A DNA stretch of 64,000 nucleotides from Haliotis rufescens. Taxonomy: Eukaryota. Where the stretch lies: the NCBI RefSeq assembly GCF_023055435.1, contig NW_025963890.1, positions 62,682,001 to 62,746,000 of the forward strand, in the 5' to 3' direction. Positions 13,941 through 25,703 of the stretch are shown piece by piece (the stretch's first letter is position 1; each line of letters opens with the position of its first letter). The translations under genes were made by a program, and so were the position numbers. The notes beneath the pieces were generated by a model. The model saw only the letters and a list, made by a program, of their open reading frames with translations. It searched no databases and was not told the DNA's origin.

Positions 13941-14098
13941 ACCCTGGGTAGGATCAGGGTTAGAACTGGTCATATGCAATCCATGCTTGTCGTAAGAGGC
14001 GACTAACGGGATCTAGTGGTCAGGCTCTCTGACTTGGTTAATGCATGTCACGTCATGTCGCTGAACTATTGCGGAGTGTGGCGTTAAACAACAAACAG
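13941..14098 (+). mobile_element. Family C, internally deleted
   Basis: Both ends are present; TSD-like acatta(g/t)ca. Confidence 0.8.
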
Positions 14099-14335
14099 AC
14101 ACATTATCAATGGCGTTAGATACGTTATATACCAATCGAAGTTTCACTAATGTACATTATCAGTCTCCCACATGATACCCATATATAGGCGTCTGTTTCT
14201 TCTTGTGAAACTGGGCGATATGTAAATTGTTCTACAGAAGTTCGATTAATCAGGGTTATAGTTCAACTTTAGAGTTAATGCTACTAGGTACGTTTTATAA
14301 CGATTGAATACACTCAGAACATATCATATATGAAT

Positions 14336-14505
14336 GGGGCGGTGGGGTAGGCAAGTGGTTAAAACGTTCGCTCGTCACGCTGAAGACCTGGGTTCGAGTC
14401 CCCACATGGGCACAATGGGTGAAGCCCATGTCTGGTGTACCCCGCCGTGATATTGCTGGAATATTGCTAAAAGCGGCGTAAAACCATACTCACTCACTCA
14501 CCCAC
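14336..14505 (+). mobile_element. SINE family A
   Basis: Full length; TSD tcatatatgaatg on both sides. Confidence 0.92.
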
Positions 14506-17065
14506 TCATATATGAATGCGATGACTCAAATGCTTGCGGAGTCATAGGAAAAGACAAATTCAAAACCGCTGACCCCGGGTGTCCTGGTCTGGTGGTCATG
14601 TCAGTAATAGACATGGCACGATACACACGATACGCTGTTCTATACGCTTTATGGGATTCAAGATATTGATATGCAATTACATTATTCTCTTCTCTATTCC
14701 CATGTGGATATATTGTATGAAGCCCGAAAAAAACGACTTAATTAGCCCAGTGTCATTAAAACAATGTTTTGCAGGAAATAATAACTACATCAAAAGGATT
14801 TGTGAATAGACAACTTAATATCTATATACTTTCAAGCCAGACGCCAAGCCGTTTCCATATTTAACCACGGTAACTATATCTATGGCAGTCTTACTTAATC
14901 ACCAATCGTTTAGTGTGAACAATTTTGAACAAAATATATGATATCAACACCTCGATTATACGACGAAATGGATCCACTGGGCGTAAAAGGGGAATATATG
15001 AATGGATCACTGAAAATTAGAATGTCTTTCTGGTCATTTGTACCATAAAGAATGTCATCAATTGAAAATTCTTGATTAAAGCAAGCATTAGTACATCAGA
15101 GGCACATGAGTAGATGATGTGCCTGTGACATCTATCGCCGTTCAGATATGAACAAGAATCTTAATCTGGTATCTAAGCTCACTCATTCCAAGGTCTTATG
15201 TGCCTATACCAATTACAGGCCAGTGGTGTCAATCTGAGTTCAAATAAAAACGGAGAGAATCATTTAGATGTTGACAGTTCCTATTCACGTGCACGTGTAA
15301 TTTTACATTGTGTTGAAAAATCATGCGAATAGAGAAACATAGAAAACCAGATAACACAGCAACATCACTTCATTTTCAAACAACCTATACACTAATCCCA
15401 GCATACTTCAAAGGTTACAAAATGAGAAACAAAGAGATTAGTGTTTTGCCACTATGCAAAGAATGACTGTCTACACAGCTAATTCAGCACCTGTTACTCA
15501 AGATGCCTGGTTTCCCCAACACAGAACATCTGCAGAGATTGCCAGTCACGAATGGTGGGAGGTATGGTACTTCAACATTAAATTAAAAAGATCACCTGTT
15601 TATTTGACAAATACACGAAAGTGTAGTGCAGCGTATCAGGAAAAAGTGGAAGCATTTCATTTTTCAAATAAGGGACTCCATCCCTTAAAGTGTGAGGAAG
15701 TAACAGTACGTCTTTGTCCCGTGGCCACGCTGTCTTGTGTTAATATCCAGACGCTCAAACAAGTGACGTTTGACAACAAATATGGCGGATTGCTTTAACC
15801 GGAAGTACGTCCTGAAGTCTCGCAAGACGACACGCAGCCGACGTTGAGCAAATTTGGTTTGTGGTTGTCTCTAAATTCTAACCTTCGATTTTAAAGGATT
15901 TTACAATAGATGGACAAACGCAACTTTTCCTTTTATCAGAAAGATATACAAGAATTTGTAAATACGATAAGTTGGTTTTCAAACAACAGAAATTGTTAAC
16001 TTAAGAAAGCCAGGAAAGGAGTTTAAAGCTACTAATCCATAAATTTCGGCTCCTATTGTGAATGTTTCATCTCAAAGCAGGTTCAGCAATTTTGTACACC
16101 TAATCTCAATAAAATGATGTTTAGTCAGCTAAACCATTTCCTCAGCGAAATTTCTAACAAGATTATATTACCTGTGCTATTGGACTGAGAGTGACTGACG
16201 ACCGCGCTGTTCACCTGTTTCCTCAATGTTCAGCTATGGCAACAATCACATGTCAGAGTTTCAATACAAGGTGTAACATTGACAAAGCTGCCACTCGAGA
16301 AGGATGTAGTTCTACTTCTTCCTCTGATGTACTCGCGATGGCTCTGGACTTTCTGTCAATAAAAACATAGCGTTTGTGAATGGTTTAAATATTTAAACTG
16401 CAAATGACTGATTCAACCATCAAAGGGATGATGGTCACATAGCTCACTTCATTTCTCTGGCAAAGCAGGAAGACAGCGCATCTGTAGCCTGTTGGTCATT
16501 GTGTGTCACGGAAGTTTTCAAATCAAACGCATGATTTGATACTATATACGTGAATGGGGTACAACTTGATGGTTTAAAATGAGTAATTGCTCTGATCAAA
16601 AAGGGAAGGGGGTGTTCCTGTTCTTAAGTAGTATTTTATCTGCGTTATTAATATTTCAACAATTAAAAGTAATATAAAAATCTTTCGTAACAAGTGAAAA
16701 CGTCTTTCATAACTATATCTCATTTAATTATATCTAAAATTAAGTGCCCCAAACATTTTTAATTAATGGAGTTATTAGACGTGCATGAACCAAAAGGAAA
16801 TCCGAAGGTTCTATTTTAGGTTGTGTTTCCGATTTACTCTTCGCTCTCCGGCAAAAAATACAAACTCATGTTGACGTGCCAACAAACAAATGATATCAGG
16901 TAAAAGTTCATTTCCAGAACAATATGCACTGAGGATGTTTGATCAATAAACATGGCACTTTCCTGACAAATTGGGCATCTCATAATGTTTTCATAATGCA
17001 GATCAACACAGTACGTTTCTCTATCTGGGCAATGGACATTGGCGATATTTTCTATGCCGTCTGAG

Positions 17066-17546
17066 GGAGTGATTTCCTGATGTATTGTAGACATAATTTG
17101 AGATTGATTTCCTGATATACTGTGAACAAACTTTGAGAGTGAGTGTATGATATACGGTGAACATACTTTGAGAGTGAGTGTATGATATACGGTGAACATA
17201 CTTTAAGAGTGATTTCCTGATATACTGTGAACATACTTTGAGAGTAAGTGCATGATATACTGTGAACAAACTTTGAGAGTGAGTGTATGATATACGGTGA
17301 ACATACTTTAAGAGTGATTTCCTGATATACTGTGAACATACTTTGAGAGTAAGTGCATGATATACTGTGAACAAACTTTGAGAGTGAGTGTATGATATAC
17401 AGTGAACATACTTTAAGAGGGATTTCCTTATATACTGTGAACATACTTTGAGCGTGATTCCTGATATACTGTGAACATACTTTGAGAGTGATTTCCGGAT
17501 ATACTGTGAACATACTTTGAGAGTGATTTCCGGATATACTGTAAAC
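17066..17546 (+). repeat. 35-bp minisatellite (~13 copies)
   Basis: Unit tgatatactgtgaacatactttgagagtgatttcc with a 35-bp period. Confidence 0.95.
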
Positions 17547-19161
17547 TTAGTCTTTGTGTCGTAGAACAATGCTCGGTATGGCTTGACATCTCACACAGAG
17601 GAAGATGGTTTCATTCTTCTGATAATTCCATAATAATCGCGTCTGGCCGCAGAATTAGGGCAGAACAAAGTATCTTTTGCCGGACTAATTCAGTAACCAC
17701 CCCAGTGGATGTCACAAAGATGCAAATTCTAGCAGTGCCCCCAAGATTATTCACACATACCCGTGTACCCTTTGTCTGTTTTCCTATACACGTGCCCGAC
17801 AGGGAGGGGAAAGCATTAAAGCTTAACTGTTCTCTTTAGATATTTATCACCTGGATTACATAAAGTGGGACTTTATCTCTAATGTTTAGAATACACTTGT
17901 GGTTTGGACCAACGACAAGGGCAAGGGCAGTTCCGCCCATAATGCGAATACAAAGATGATTGTTTCCCCGATGGAATTTCCAGAATCCAATCCTATTCTT
18001 AGTAATGGCACATCCACGTTTAGTTGCACAGACAGGTGTAAAGTCTAAAGTAAGCCGAGGTGTCGAGAACCCACTCCTGGACCAGGCACTAGGTCATGGT
18101 CAAGAATTCAGCACGGATATCTTGGAGAAAACAAGAATATCCCTGACATAACCTAGTGTTTTGGTCTTACTCATGTGGAATAGACACAATGCATGTCCCC
18201 ATATTAATTCCCTGGTCAGAGTTATTGCAATCTGGTCAAGTATATTTCTCTTATTCTGAAGTCGAAGATAGCGTCGTTATTCATTTATACGAGATGATTT
18301 CATAAAAAGTGTTCAACTGTGACTGATATTCAAGACTTTTTTTTATGGCTAGATACGATATCTATGTACTTAATGTATTATAAAACGATGTGTTGTTAAT
18401 TGAAATTAATATGAAATTTACTTCCAAAATATACATTTGCTTCAAGTGTGTTTAACATCATAAGAACGACATTGTCAGGAGTTGAGCACAAGCTGATCTC
18501 CCTTTCACCTCACAGATTATTTGATTTATTAATTGGTTATTATTAATTTTCTAATCATCTGTCTGTGTATTATTCTATTAAAATATGGTAAAATCATTTT
18601 CAATTTTATTTGTATTTATATGTATTTCTTATGCGCGTGCGTGCGTTTTCAATGTTAAACTCACTTGGTATAGATATCCGTAAAATGAGTCAATACATTG
18701 ACCTTGTCTGTATGAGCGTGCTTGCAAATGTAAGTAAATTACTATTTTGAAAGCTTGTAAGTAATCTAACCAAACAAAATGAATTACCTGAACTGTCAAG
18801 GATGTAAAATGGTTCAACGTATATGTCTATGTCAATGTCCTTACATACACCATGTCCATTACACATCATACATGTTGCAATCTGGCATGATGTCACATCA
18901 GCTGTGTGTAAAGCATTTGTTCTATGTTGGTGCAATTGTTGAAATTAACTAAAGAACGATTTAAACCATTCATTTGAAAATGTGAACCACGTTGACAGTA
19001 TTGAAGCCATTTCAACCTGCAATAGCGGATCTAACGACTCTCTGGCTACCTACGTTTTAGCTTACTTTTAACATATACTCCTCAATAGGGATACTCAGGT
19101 ATGTCCGATATATTTAAATATACAGTTCACATACATTGTATTATGAGAATCAGTTTTAAGT

Positions 19162-19565
19162 GAGTGATTGAGTTGATATTTAACGTCACATCGGCAATAT
19201 TTCAGCCATATCGAGACAAGAAGTTATATATTATTAATACATATATTTAAACTACTAGAATATCACAGATTAGCATTTAAAACTAGTATACAACCATAAA
19301 AAGATATCACTATATATTACAATACAATATAAAAAGGGCTATAGATCGCCAGCAGCTGAAGGTAGATAATCATCCTAGGGCCCATGGCGACGTATAATAC
19401 CTTTGCTACCTGCATGGACCCCAGCAGGCTTTACATCATCCCTTAAGCTGTTGGCGACGATTAGGAAATTAAGCCAAAATTTAAAAGAACACACATTCTA
19501 CGATTAAAACTATGATAGGAATAACGTACTTCGAATGATATGGACTTCTATACCCTCTCAGGGGG
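19162..19565 (-). mobile_element. 5'-truncated retroposon family E (probable LINE 3' end)
   Basis: 11-bp TSD cagttttaagt (19151-19161 and 19566-19576); 3' end gatatggctgaaatattgccgatgtgacgttaaaat-(actc-like tail). Confidence 0.75.
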
Positions 19566-21140
19566 CAGTTTTAAGTATTGTGGAAAGAAAATATCCTTAT
19601 CAAAGTGGAGAAGTATATAATTATATTTCAGAAAGAGTGCACCGACTTTAATCTTTAATTTGAGTGGAAGTGAAAATGTCAATCATTTGTGCATGAGAGT
19701 TGGCGATATATGATTATTTCAGGCAACTTAACAAAAATATAATTTAATCCACGCAAAACGGATCTTAAAGAGTCTTTGATTCAGTGCCGAGCATTATCTG
19801 ACTAGAAGTAACCATTTTTTTATTTTTTTAAAGAAAGACGGTGATATAATGAAACGCTTTTTGCACCCTTGTGACTCATTTGATTCCTTTTCAAGTAAAA
19901 GTTATGAAATTTGAAAAGTTTCTTGAACCTCGTGTTTATTGCTGAAACCCAACGACAATATGTGGTTATCAAAACGCCTTTTAACAACGGTGGTAAAATT
20001 ACCTGTGTTTGTATTCTGTAGGAAAAACTCGAAACATGCTAGCAAAAACCGTTTGATCATAGAATTGCTCAACACTTTTGTTTCAAAATCACGTTTTTGA
20101 ATATTCTATTCTTTTCAATTCTAAACAAGTGTCTTAGCACATGTTCCATAACGGAAACATGGAAACGGATTCCACAAAGGAGAATGCTATTTCAAATAGC
20201 TTTTGTTTGTAATAGTTGGAGATATGCACTTCACAGATTCCATCAACAACACATGGAAATATGAATTTAAAAGCCTTAAATACGTCCAAGAGATACTTTA
20301 AATGAGATAATCGTTTTCTAGTGTTTACTCGTCTTTGAGTTTCTAAACAACGGTTAAAATGGCGAGATTACTATCCTTGCAATTCCACAACCCTTTCGTG
20401 TGATCAGGAGATCCTTTGGACTCTTGAAATCCCCAAGGTCAAAATGGGAAATCTCGTCCAATACCATAACGCTAAATTTGGCGTCTCTCATGACTCGTAA
20501 ATACCATGTTGAACGTGCCGGATTGACAAACCCAATATAATTAGCAATTTTTAGCCGTGACCTCGTTAAAGTCCTTACAATTAGAGTGAGAGTCAGAGTC
20601 ATAATGATGTCTCAGAAGTCTTCATGTTTTGTTCCGAGACAGAAAACAATGAAATTGTAGTTAACATTTAGTAAAGAACAGAAACCAACACGCAAATTAC
20701 GAATTCGATCAATTTATATTGTGCAATCTTTCAGCATCATGTTCACGTTTCTGTATTGTTTTGGTTCCTGTCCCTTACGGCACGTTCACATGATATATTC
20801 AGTTTTAAATCTAGCTGATTTTACTCATCAAAATATTACTGCTCAAACTATTTGTGTGTTATATATCATCAGGTATATGTGGACGTTAAAATTATAAACG
20901 ACACTTAAGTATGTCTCAATTAACCTTTTGGTGGTAACGTTGTGTAATTTTGAACTATGTTCTGCATGTTATGTTAAACTATCGTCAAAATTGTCTTTCA
21001 ACAGATGTAATGATATAACACAGAATATTAATATATTTTAATGGCGTCAATTTACCTAAAACGGTTTTATTAACTTATTTTCCAAATCCCATTTTCACAT
21101 TCGGCCCCCACTTGATTTGTTTCGTTATTTCACGTGTTAT

Positions 21141-21389
21141 CGTCCCGTGAAGAGTCTGGGTTAGAGAAAGTTTTCACCAACCCATACTTGTCGTAAGAGG
21201 CGACTAACGGGATCTGGAGGTCAGGCTCGCTGACTTGGTTGATGCATATCATCGTATCCCATTTGCGTAGATTGATGCTCATGATGTCAATCACTGGATT
21301 GTCTGGTTCAGATACGTTTATTTACAGACCGTCGTCCAATAGCTGGAATATTGCTGAGTGCGGCGTTAAACACCAAACAAACAAACAAA
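21141..21389 (+). mobile_element. Short retroposon family C (no tRNA head), full length, (CAAA)n tail
   Basis: cccgtgaaga...gtcgtaagaggcgactaacggg...ggcgttaaac-(caaa)n; TSD ttt(c)acgtgttat. Confidence 0.88.
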
Positions 21390-22041
21390 TTTACGTGTTA
21401 TAACAGTAGCTATATTTCAAAATTTCCACGATCGATTATAAGACGAGATTTGTTAATTGTTAATACAAATGAGGGATACTATTTGATATGGAGCAACTGC
21501 CGCCAGGTTGTGTAATGTGATAGTCACATGAACTAGTAAAACAAGTGCTTATAGTTCAACTTTGGATTCTCACAATGCTGGACAAGATGATATTTTTACA
21601 CTGCTTTTATTTCATCAAAGTGGAAGTGGAGGACACCAGGAAGGGTCACATATTCTGTCGAAGTATATACGAGCCTAGAGTCCGGATATATATAATTCAG
21701 CTATTAATATGAAAAGTCCTGAAACACGATAAAAGGGCAAAATAAACTCGAAATCAGACAAGATGAATTTTCTGCTCAAGTCCCTCTTCAAACACATTGG
21801 ATGCAATACGGGCTGAACGGCGAAAGAGTTGTGTTAGTTATCTCATGCCTAAATAGCCAGAACAACTTAATTTGATGTTTGTTTCCATTTTGCTAAATAT
21901 CACAAAAAATCGAATATGCGTTTTCAAAGAGTTTCAGTATATGAATAAATCTACTAAGACATTACGATTAAAAAAAGATAAATATTCTTTATAGGAGGCT
22001 ACTCACCTGGATGCAACAGAGATGAGTAATCTTGTTCGTTA

Positions 22042-22233
22042 GTGAGTGAGTGAGTGACTTTATGATTTTACGCCACTTTAAGCAATATTCCTGCAATATC
22101 ACGGGCGGGGTTGGGGTGGGGTGGGGTTGGGGTGGGGTTGAAGGGGTGTCACCAGAAATGGGCTTCACACATGGTACATACGTCTTCTGCGTGACGAGCT
22201 AACGCTTTAACCACAAGGCTACCCGACCCCTTG
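22042..22233 (-). mobile_element. SINE family A with internal (GGGGT/GGGGTT)n expansion
   Basis: TSD ttgttcgtta; empty site visible at ~27596; B-box deleted. Confidence 0.88.
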
Positions 22234-22605
22234 TTGTTCGTTAATGCTGATGGTAGATGACAATGTTACCGGTACTATGTCCGTCCTCGCTATATCGAAA
22301 TTGATCGTATACACATGATCAAGACATTAACATATGAATGTCAATTTATGGATAATTACAATCCGACTTTTAGGTCCAGAGGTTGGTAAGGTACAAACAG
22401 CTTTCTTGAAACGCCACAAGAACAAAGAAGTTAAAATCGATAAGGTAGTCATGCCTTCGTTGATACTACGGCTTGCCTCTAAAAGACACATTATTATGTA
22501 ATTATGTAAAATCACAATCAATGATTTTCAACTGAAAGGTATTAATCACTTGATTGTCAGAGATAAATTAACTGCAGTGTTTTGGTCGCCAACAGAATAC
22601 AACAT

Positions 22606-24057
22606 TCAGCACCATCCTGGGCTCCAGTTGCCTCCATAGAGATCTGGGTTTGATTTAGGGTCATCTGGTGGTTGATAAGCTGGTACTCGCGTCTTCTCCC
22701 AGTTCTCAAGGCGTTGTTTCATCATCGCTACAAGCTCAGGGTACTTAGCAGACAGGTCGAAATGTTCAGTTGGGTCGGAAGAGATATTGAACAACATATA
22801 CGGAGGGAACTGGTACACGTTTTCCTGGGGAGGGTCATCTGATCCCTCACCATAGTGTGGAAGAGGATACCAATCACTGTGAGATCCCGGTGAACCTCGC
22901 GTCAGTTTCAGGTCACCATATCTAATTGCTGAGGAGTTGGACTTGTCATAGATGTTGTAGACGAACTCTTTCCTCTTACTCGGGCCACCATTGATGAGCA
23001 TGTCGTACTGACTTATCCCGTCCATGTTGGGGTCTGTGTTCTCTCCACCAGCCAGCTCCACAAAGGTCGGGTACCAGTCTACAGCATGCATCATTCCAGT
23101 ATTGAGGTAGCCCGTCTTCTTCAGAAGGGTTTTACTGTAAATGAATCCAGCTCCTTTCGTCCCACCTTCCCATAGTGTAGCCTTAGATCCACGAAGAGGA
23201 AGGTTGTTAGCAGCACCGTGAAAAGGCCCGCCATTGTCAGTCGTAAACACCAGCAGCAAGTTGTCAATGAGTCCCGTTTCCTCTAAAGCATTCGTGATGT
23301 TAGCAACAGCTTCATCAAGAGCACTGATCATACCGCAGTAGGTCCTTCGTGGTAGGTTCTGGATATGTTTGTACAAATTCTCATACTCAGGGGGAACTTG
23401 TAGAGGTTCGTGTACTGCTTGAAACGGCAGATACAAATAAAGTGGCGTGTCCTTATCGTGAGACTTGATGATATCAACTGCTCTTTCTGCAAACACACGC
23501 GTTGAATATGTACCTTTCGCTTCCGTATATACGGAAGTGTTGAAGTGTAGATCATATCCGGAAAATTTGTCATATCCTCTTGTGTGACTGAAATAGTTCT
23601 CGGCGCCAGTGTAATACCCAACGAAAGTATCAAACCCACGGTAGGTCGGGGTGTATTTCAAGTTACAGAAGCCTAAATGCCACTTCCCAACAGCATGGGT
23701 GCTATATCCTAGTTCCTTTAACTTCTGTGGGAGGAAGGTGAACTTGATTGGAACAAATCCAGGAGAAGCTGGCTTGATGACGCCGTCCTGTAGTCCAGTG
23801 TGGTAGGGGAAGTACCCCGACATGAAGCAGTTTCTGGATGGCGAGCACAAGGGCTGGACATAGGAGGAGTTTAGGATGACTCCAGCTTTGGCCAACTTGT
23901 CCAGGTGTGGCGTCAGAACCTGTGGATTACGGAAACCAACATCGTTCCAGCCCAGATCGTCCGCAACTATGAACACAATGTGTGGCTTAGCTGCTTGACC
24001 TCCATTAAGGTAAACGAAAATGAGAGTAAAAGTCGCAACAAGCCGGGCAGCCTCCAT
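22606..24057 (-). CDS. ARSB: ARS1: arylsulfatase B/I/J-like S1 sulfatase, single coding exon, 483 aa, signal peptide
   Basis: Uninterrupted ORF with ADDLG, C-S-P-S-R (FGly motif, QPLCSPSR), GKWHLG, VHEP, TDNGG and RGSKATLWEGG. Hydrophobic leader [22 protein letters not shown]. The track start at 24066 is a GTG; the ATG at 24057 has a strong context (accATGG). The symbol is a family-level call, not proven orthology. Confidence 0.95.
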   Translation of the reverse strand: MEAARLVATFTLIFVYLNGGQAAKPHIVFIVADDLGWNDVGFRNPQVLTPHLDKLAKAGVILNSSYVQPLCSPSRNCFMSGYFPYHTGLQDGVIKPASPGFVPIKFTFLPQKLKELGYSTHAVGKWHLGFCNLKYTPTYRGFDTFVGYYTGAENYFSHTRGYDKFSGYDLHFNTSVYTEAKGTYSTRVFAERAVDIIKSHDKDTPLYLYLPFQAVHEPLQVPPEYENLYKHIQNLPRRTYCGMISALDEAVANITNALEETGLIDNLLLVFTTDNGGPFHGAANNLPLRGSKATLWEGGTKGAGFIYSKTLLKKTGYLNTGMMHAVDWYPTFVELAGGENTDPNMDGISQYDMLINGGPSKRKEFVYNIYDKSNSSAIRYGDLKLTRGSPGSHSDWYPLPHYGEGSDDPPQENVYQFPPYMLFNISSDPTEHFDLSAKYPELVAMMKQRLENWEKTRVPAYQPPDDPKSNPDLYGGNWSPGWC

Positions 24058-24112
24058 GGTTGACACTGGTGTATTGCTGATCTGGTTTTATCGACACCGA
24101 TGCATTGCGCAT

Positions 24113-24450
24113 CTAGCTTTATCTCCTCGCCTGCACATGTGATGTTACGTGACGTAAGCCGCTAAACGCGTGACAATGCTGAGCGATATTGCTCACATAC
24201 GACCCGAGTATCAGGACTACTTATCTATGAATGTGTGGTATGAAAAGTCAAGGACTCCGATAGACAGACATCTCGTCTCTGAAATAAAAATATTTTCGCA
24301 GAGAAAAGCAGTTGTTAATTTATCCCAATACAATATAATAAAAAGGAGTCTAAAGACTCTCTTGGGTAACTCCAGTAATCTAGACTTGCCAACTATTACA
24401 AACCTGCATGAGCTGTATTGGATATATTTGTTTCAGGGTCTGTATGACAG
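24113..24450 (-). promoter_or_regulatory. Conserved upstream block of the sulfatase genes (putative proximal promoter)
   Basis: Recognisably conserved upstream of all six genes and of remnant a. Contains GATAAA/AGATAA sites, CACATGTG (24134-24141), TTACGTGACGTAA (24145-24157) and AAAGTCAAGG. Function is inferred from position and conservation. Confidence 0.55.
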
Positions 24451-24658
24451 ACGTACAAATCAACTATAGTCAACTTACTCATGACCATTGGCAGCTTCCT
24501 CATCACCCTAGTCAACATGATTATGTACGGTAGGGGACACAGGTGGCCAGGTCTAGGTGTCGCCATATTTGATTATTGTCTCTAATGACCTTCTGGTGGT
24601 ATAGTTTCTCACCATGTTCTGCATGTCATTAAAAAATATCGTCAATCCATGACTTTCT

Positions 24659-24894
24659 GGGGCGGTCGGGTAGCTTAGTGGTTAAAGTGTTCGCTCGTCA
24701 CGTCGAAGACCCGGGTTCGAATCCCGACATGGGTATAATGTGTGACGCCCATTTCTGGTCTCCCCCGCCGGGATATTGCTGGAATATTGCTAAAAGCGGC
24801 TTAAAACCAAACTCACTCACCCACCCTAACACCCACCCACCCACTAACCCACTCACCCACTCACCCACTCACTCACTCACTCACTCACTCACTC
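24659..24894 (+). mobile_element. SINE family A (also at the same site in units B 30487-30652 and C 37080-37250)
   Basis: Full length; TSD tgactttctg; expanded ACCC/ACTC tail in this copy. Confidence 0.92.
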
Positions 24895-25413
24895 ATTGAC
24901 TTTCTGTTTTCAACGGGTTCATCATCCTGCATCATCCTTTGATGAAACCCACGAGCACGCGTATGATGCTGACAAACCAAGAAACATTATCAGGGCCAAC
25001 CGGGATTCGAACCCATGAACCCTGACGCGTCTGGGAGGCAACTTTGCACAGCCCAAATACGACGACTCAGACGAGTGAACAACCGAATGATATAACTCCT
25101 AAGGTTTTATTGTCATTTTGTCCTCATTTCACTTTGACATGTTTGCCACTTTGATGAAACTTGCGAGGATGGTTATTGTATTGTCAGACCAAGGATCATA
25201 AATGCGGTAAACACACGACCAACGACCGCGGATCCTGGCATGATTAGGTGGCGTGGCTCTTTGCGGCGAAAGCAATGATATGACATAGAAAGTAAACAAT
25301 TTTAATGGCGCCACTTTTCCAAATACGGTTCTGTTGCTTAAGCGTCCCTTAGTCAGATTGTTTTAAAATAATAAGATGTTCTAATTCGGACCCACTCAGC
25401 GTGTGCGTTATCT

Positions 25414-25703
25414 GACCGCCTCCGTGGTCTAGTGGTAGAACGTCCGCCCTGAGAGCGGAAGGTCCGGGGTTCGATCCCCGGCCGCGTCATACCAAAAGAC
25501 GTTAAACGATTGGAACTTATTGTTAAGCGGCTACAAGAGTGACTGCTTGGCTCGGAGTCAGTATACTGTGTCTGAGTGGGGTATTCATGTTAAACTGCGG
25601 CGTGGTATCACAGTGAGCTAGCACAATAAATCGGCATCAGTCCGGACTAGTCCAAGCAGCCACACATACACACGCACACACAAACACATTTCACCTCACC
25701 TTA
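25414..25703 (+). mobile_element. SINE family B (same insertion in units B 31176-31465 and C 37774-38063)
   Basis: TSD tgcgttatct; the same internal deletions in all three copies. Confidence 0.9.

Noticed and set aside
16834-17569. 121-182-aa ORFs on the minus strand
   Set aside because: They arise from the 35-bp minisatellite.
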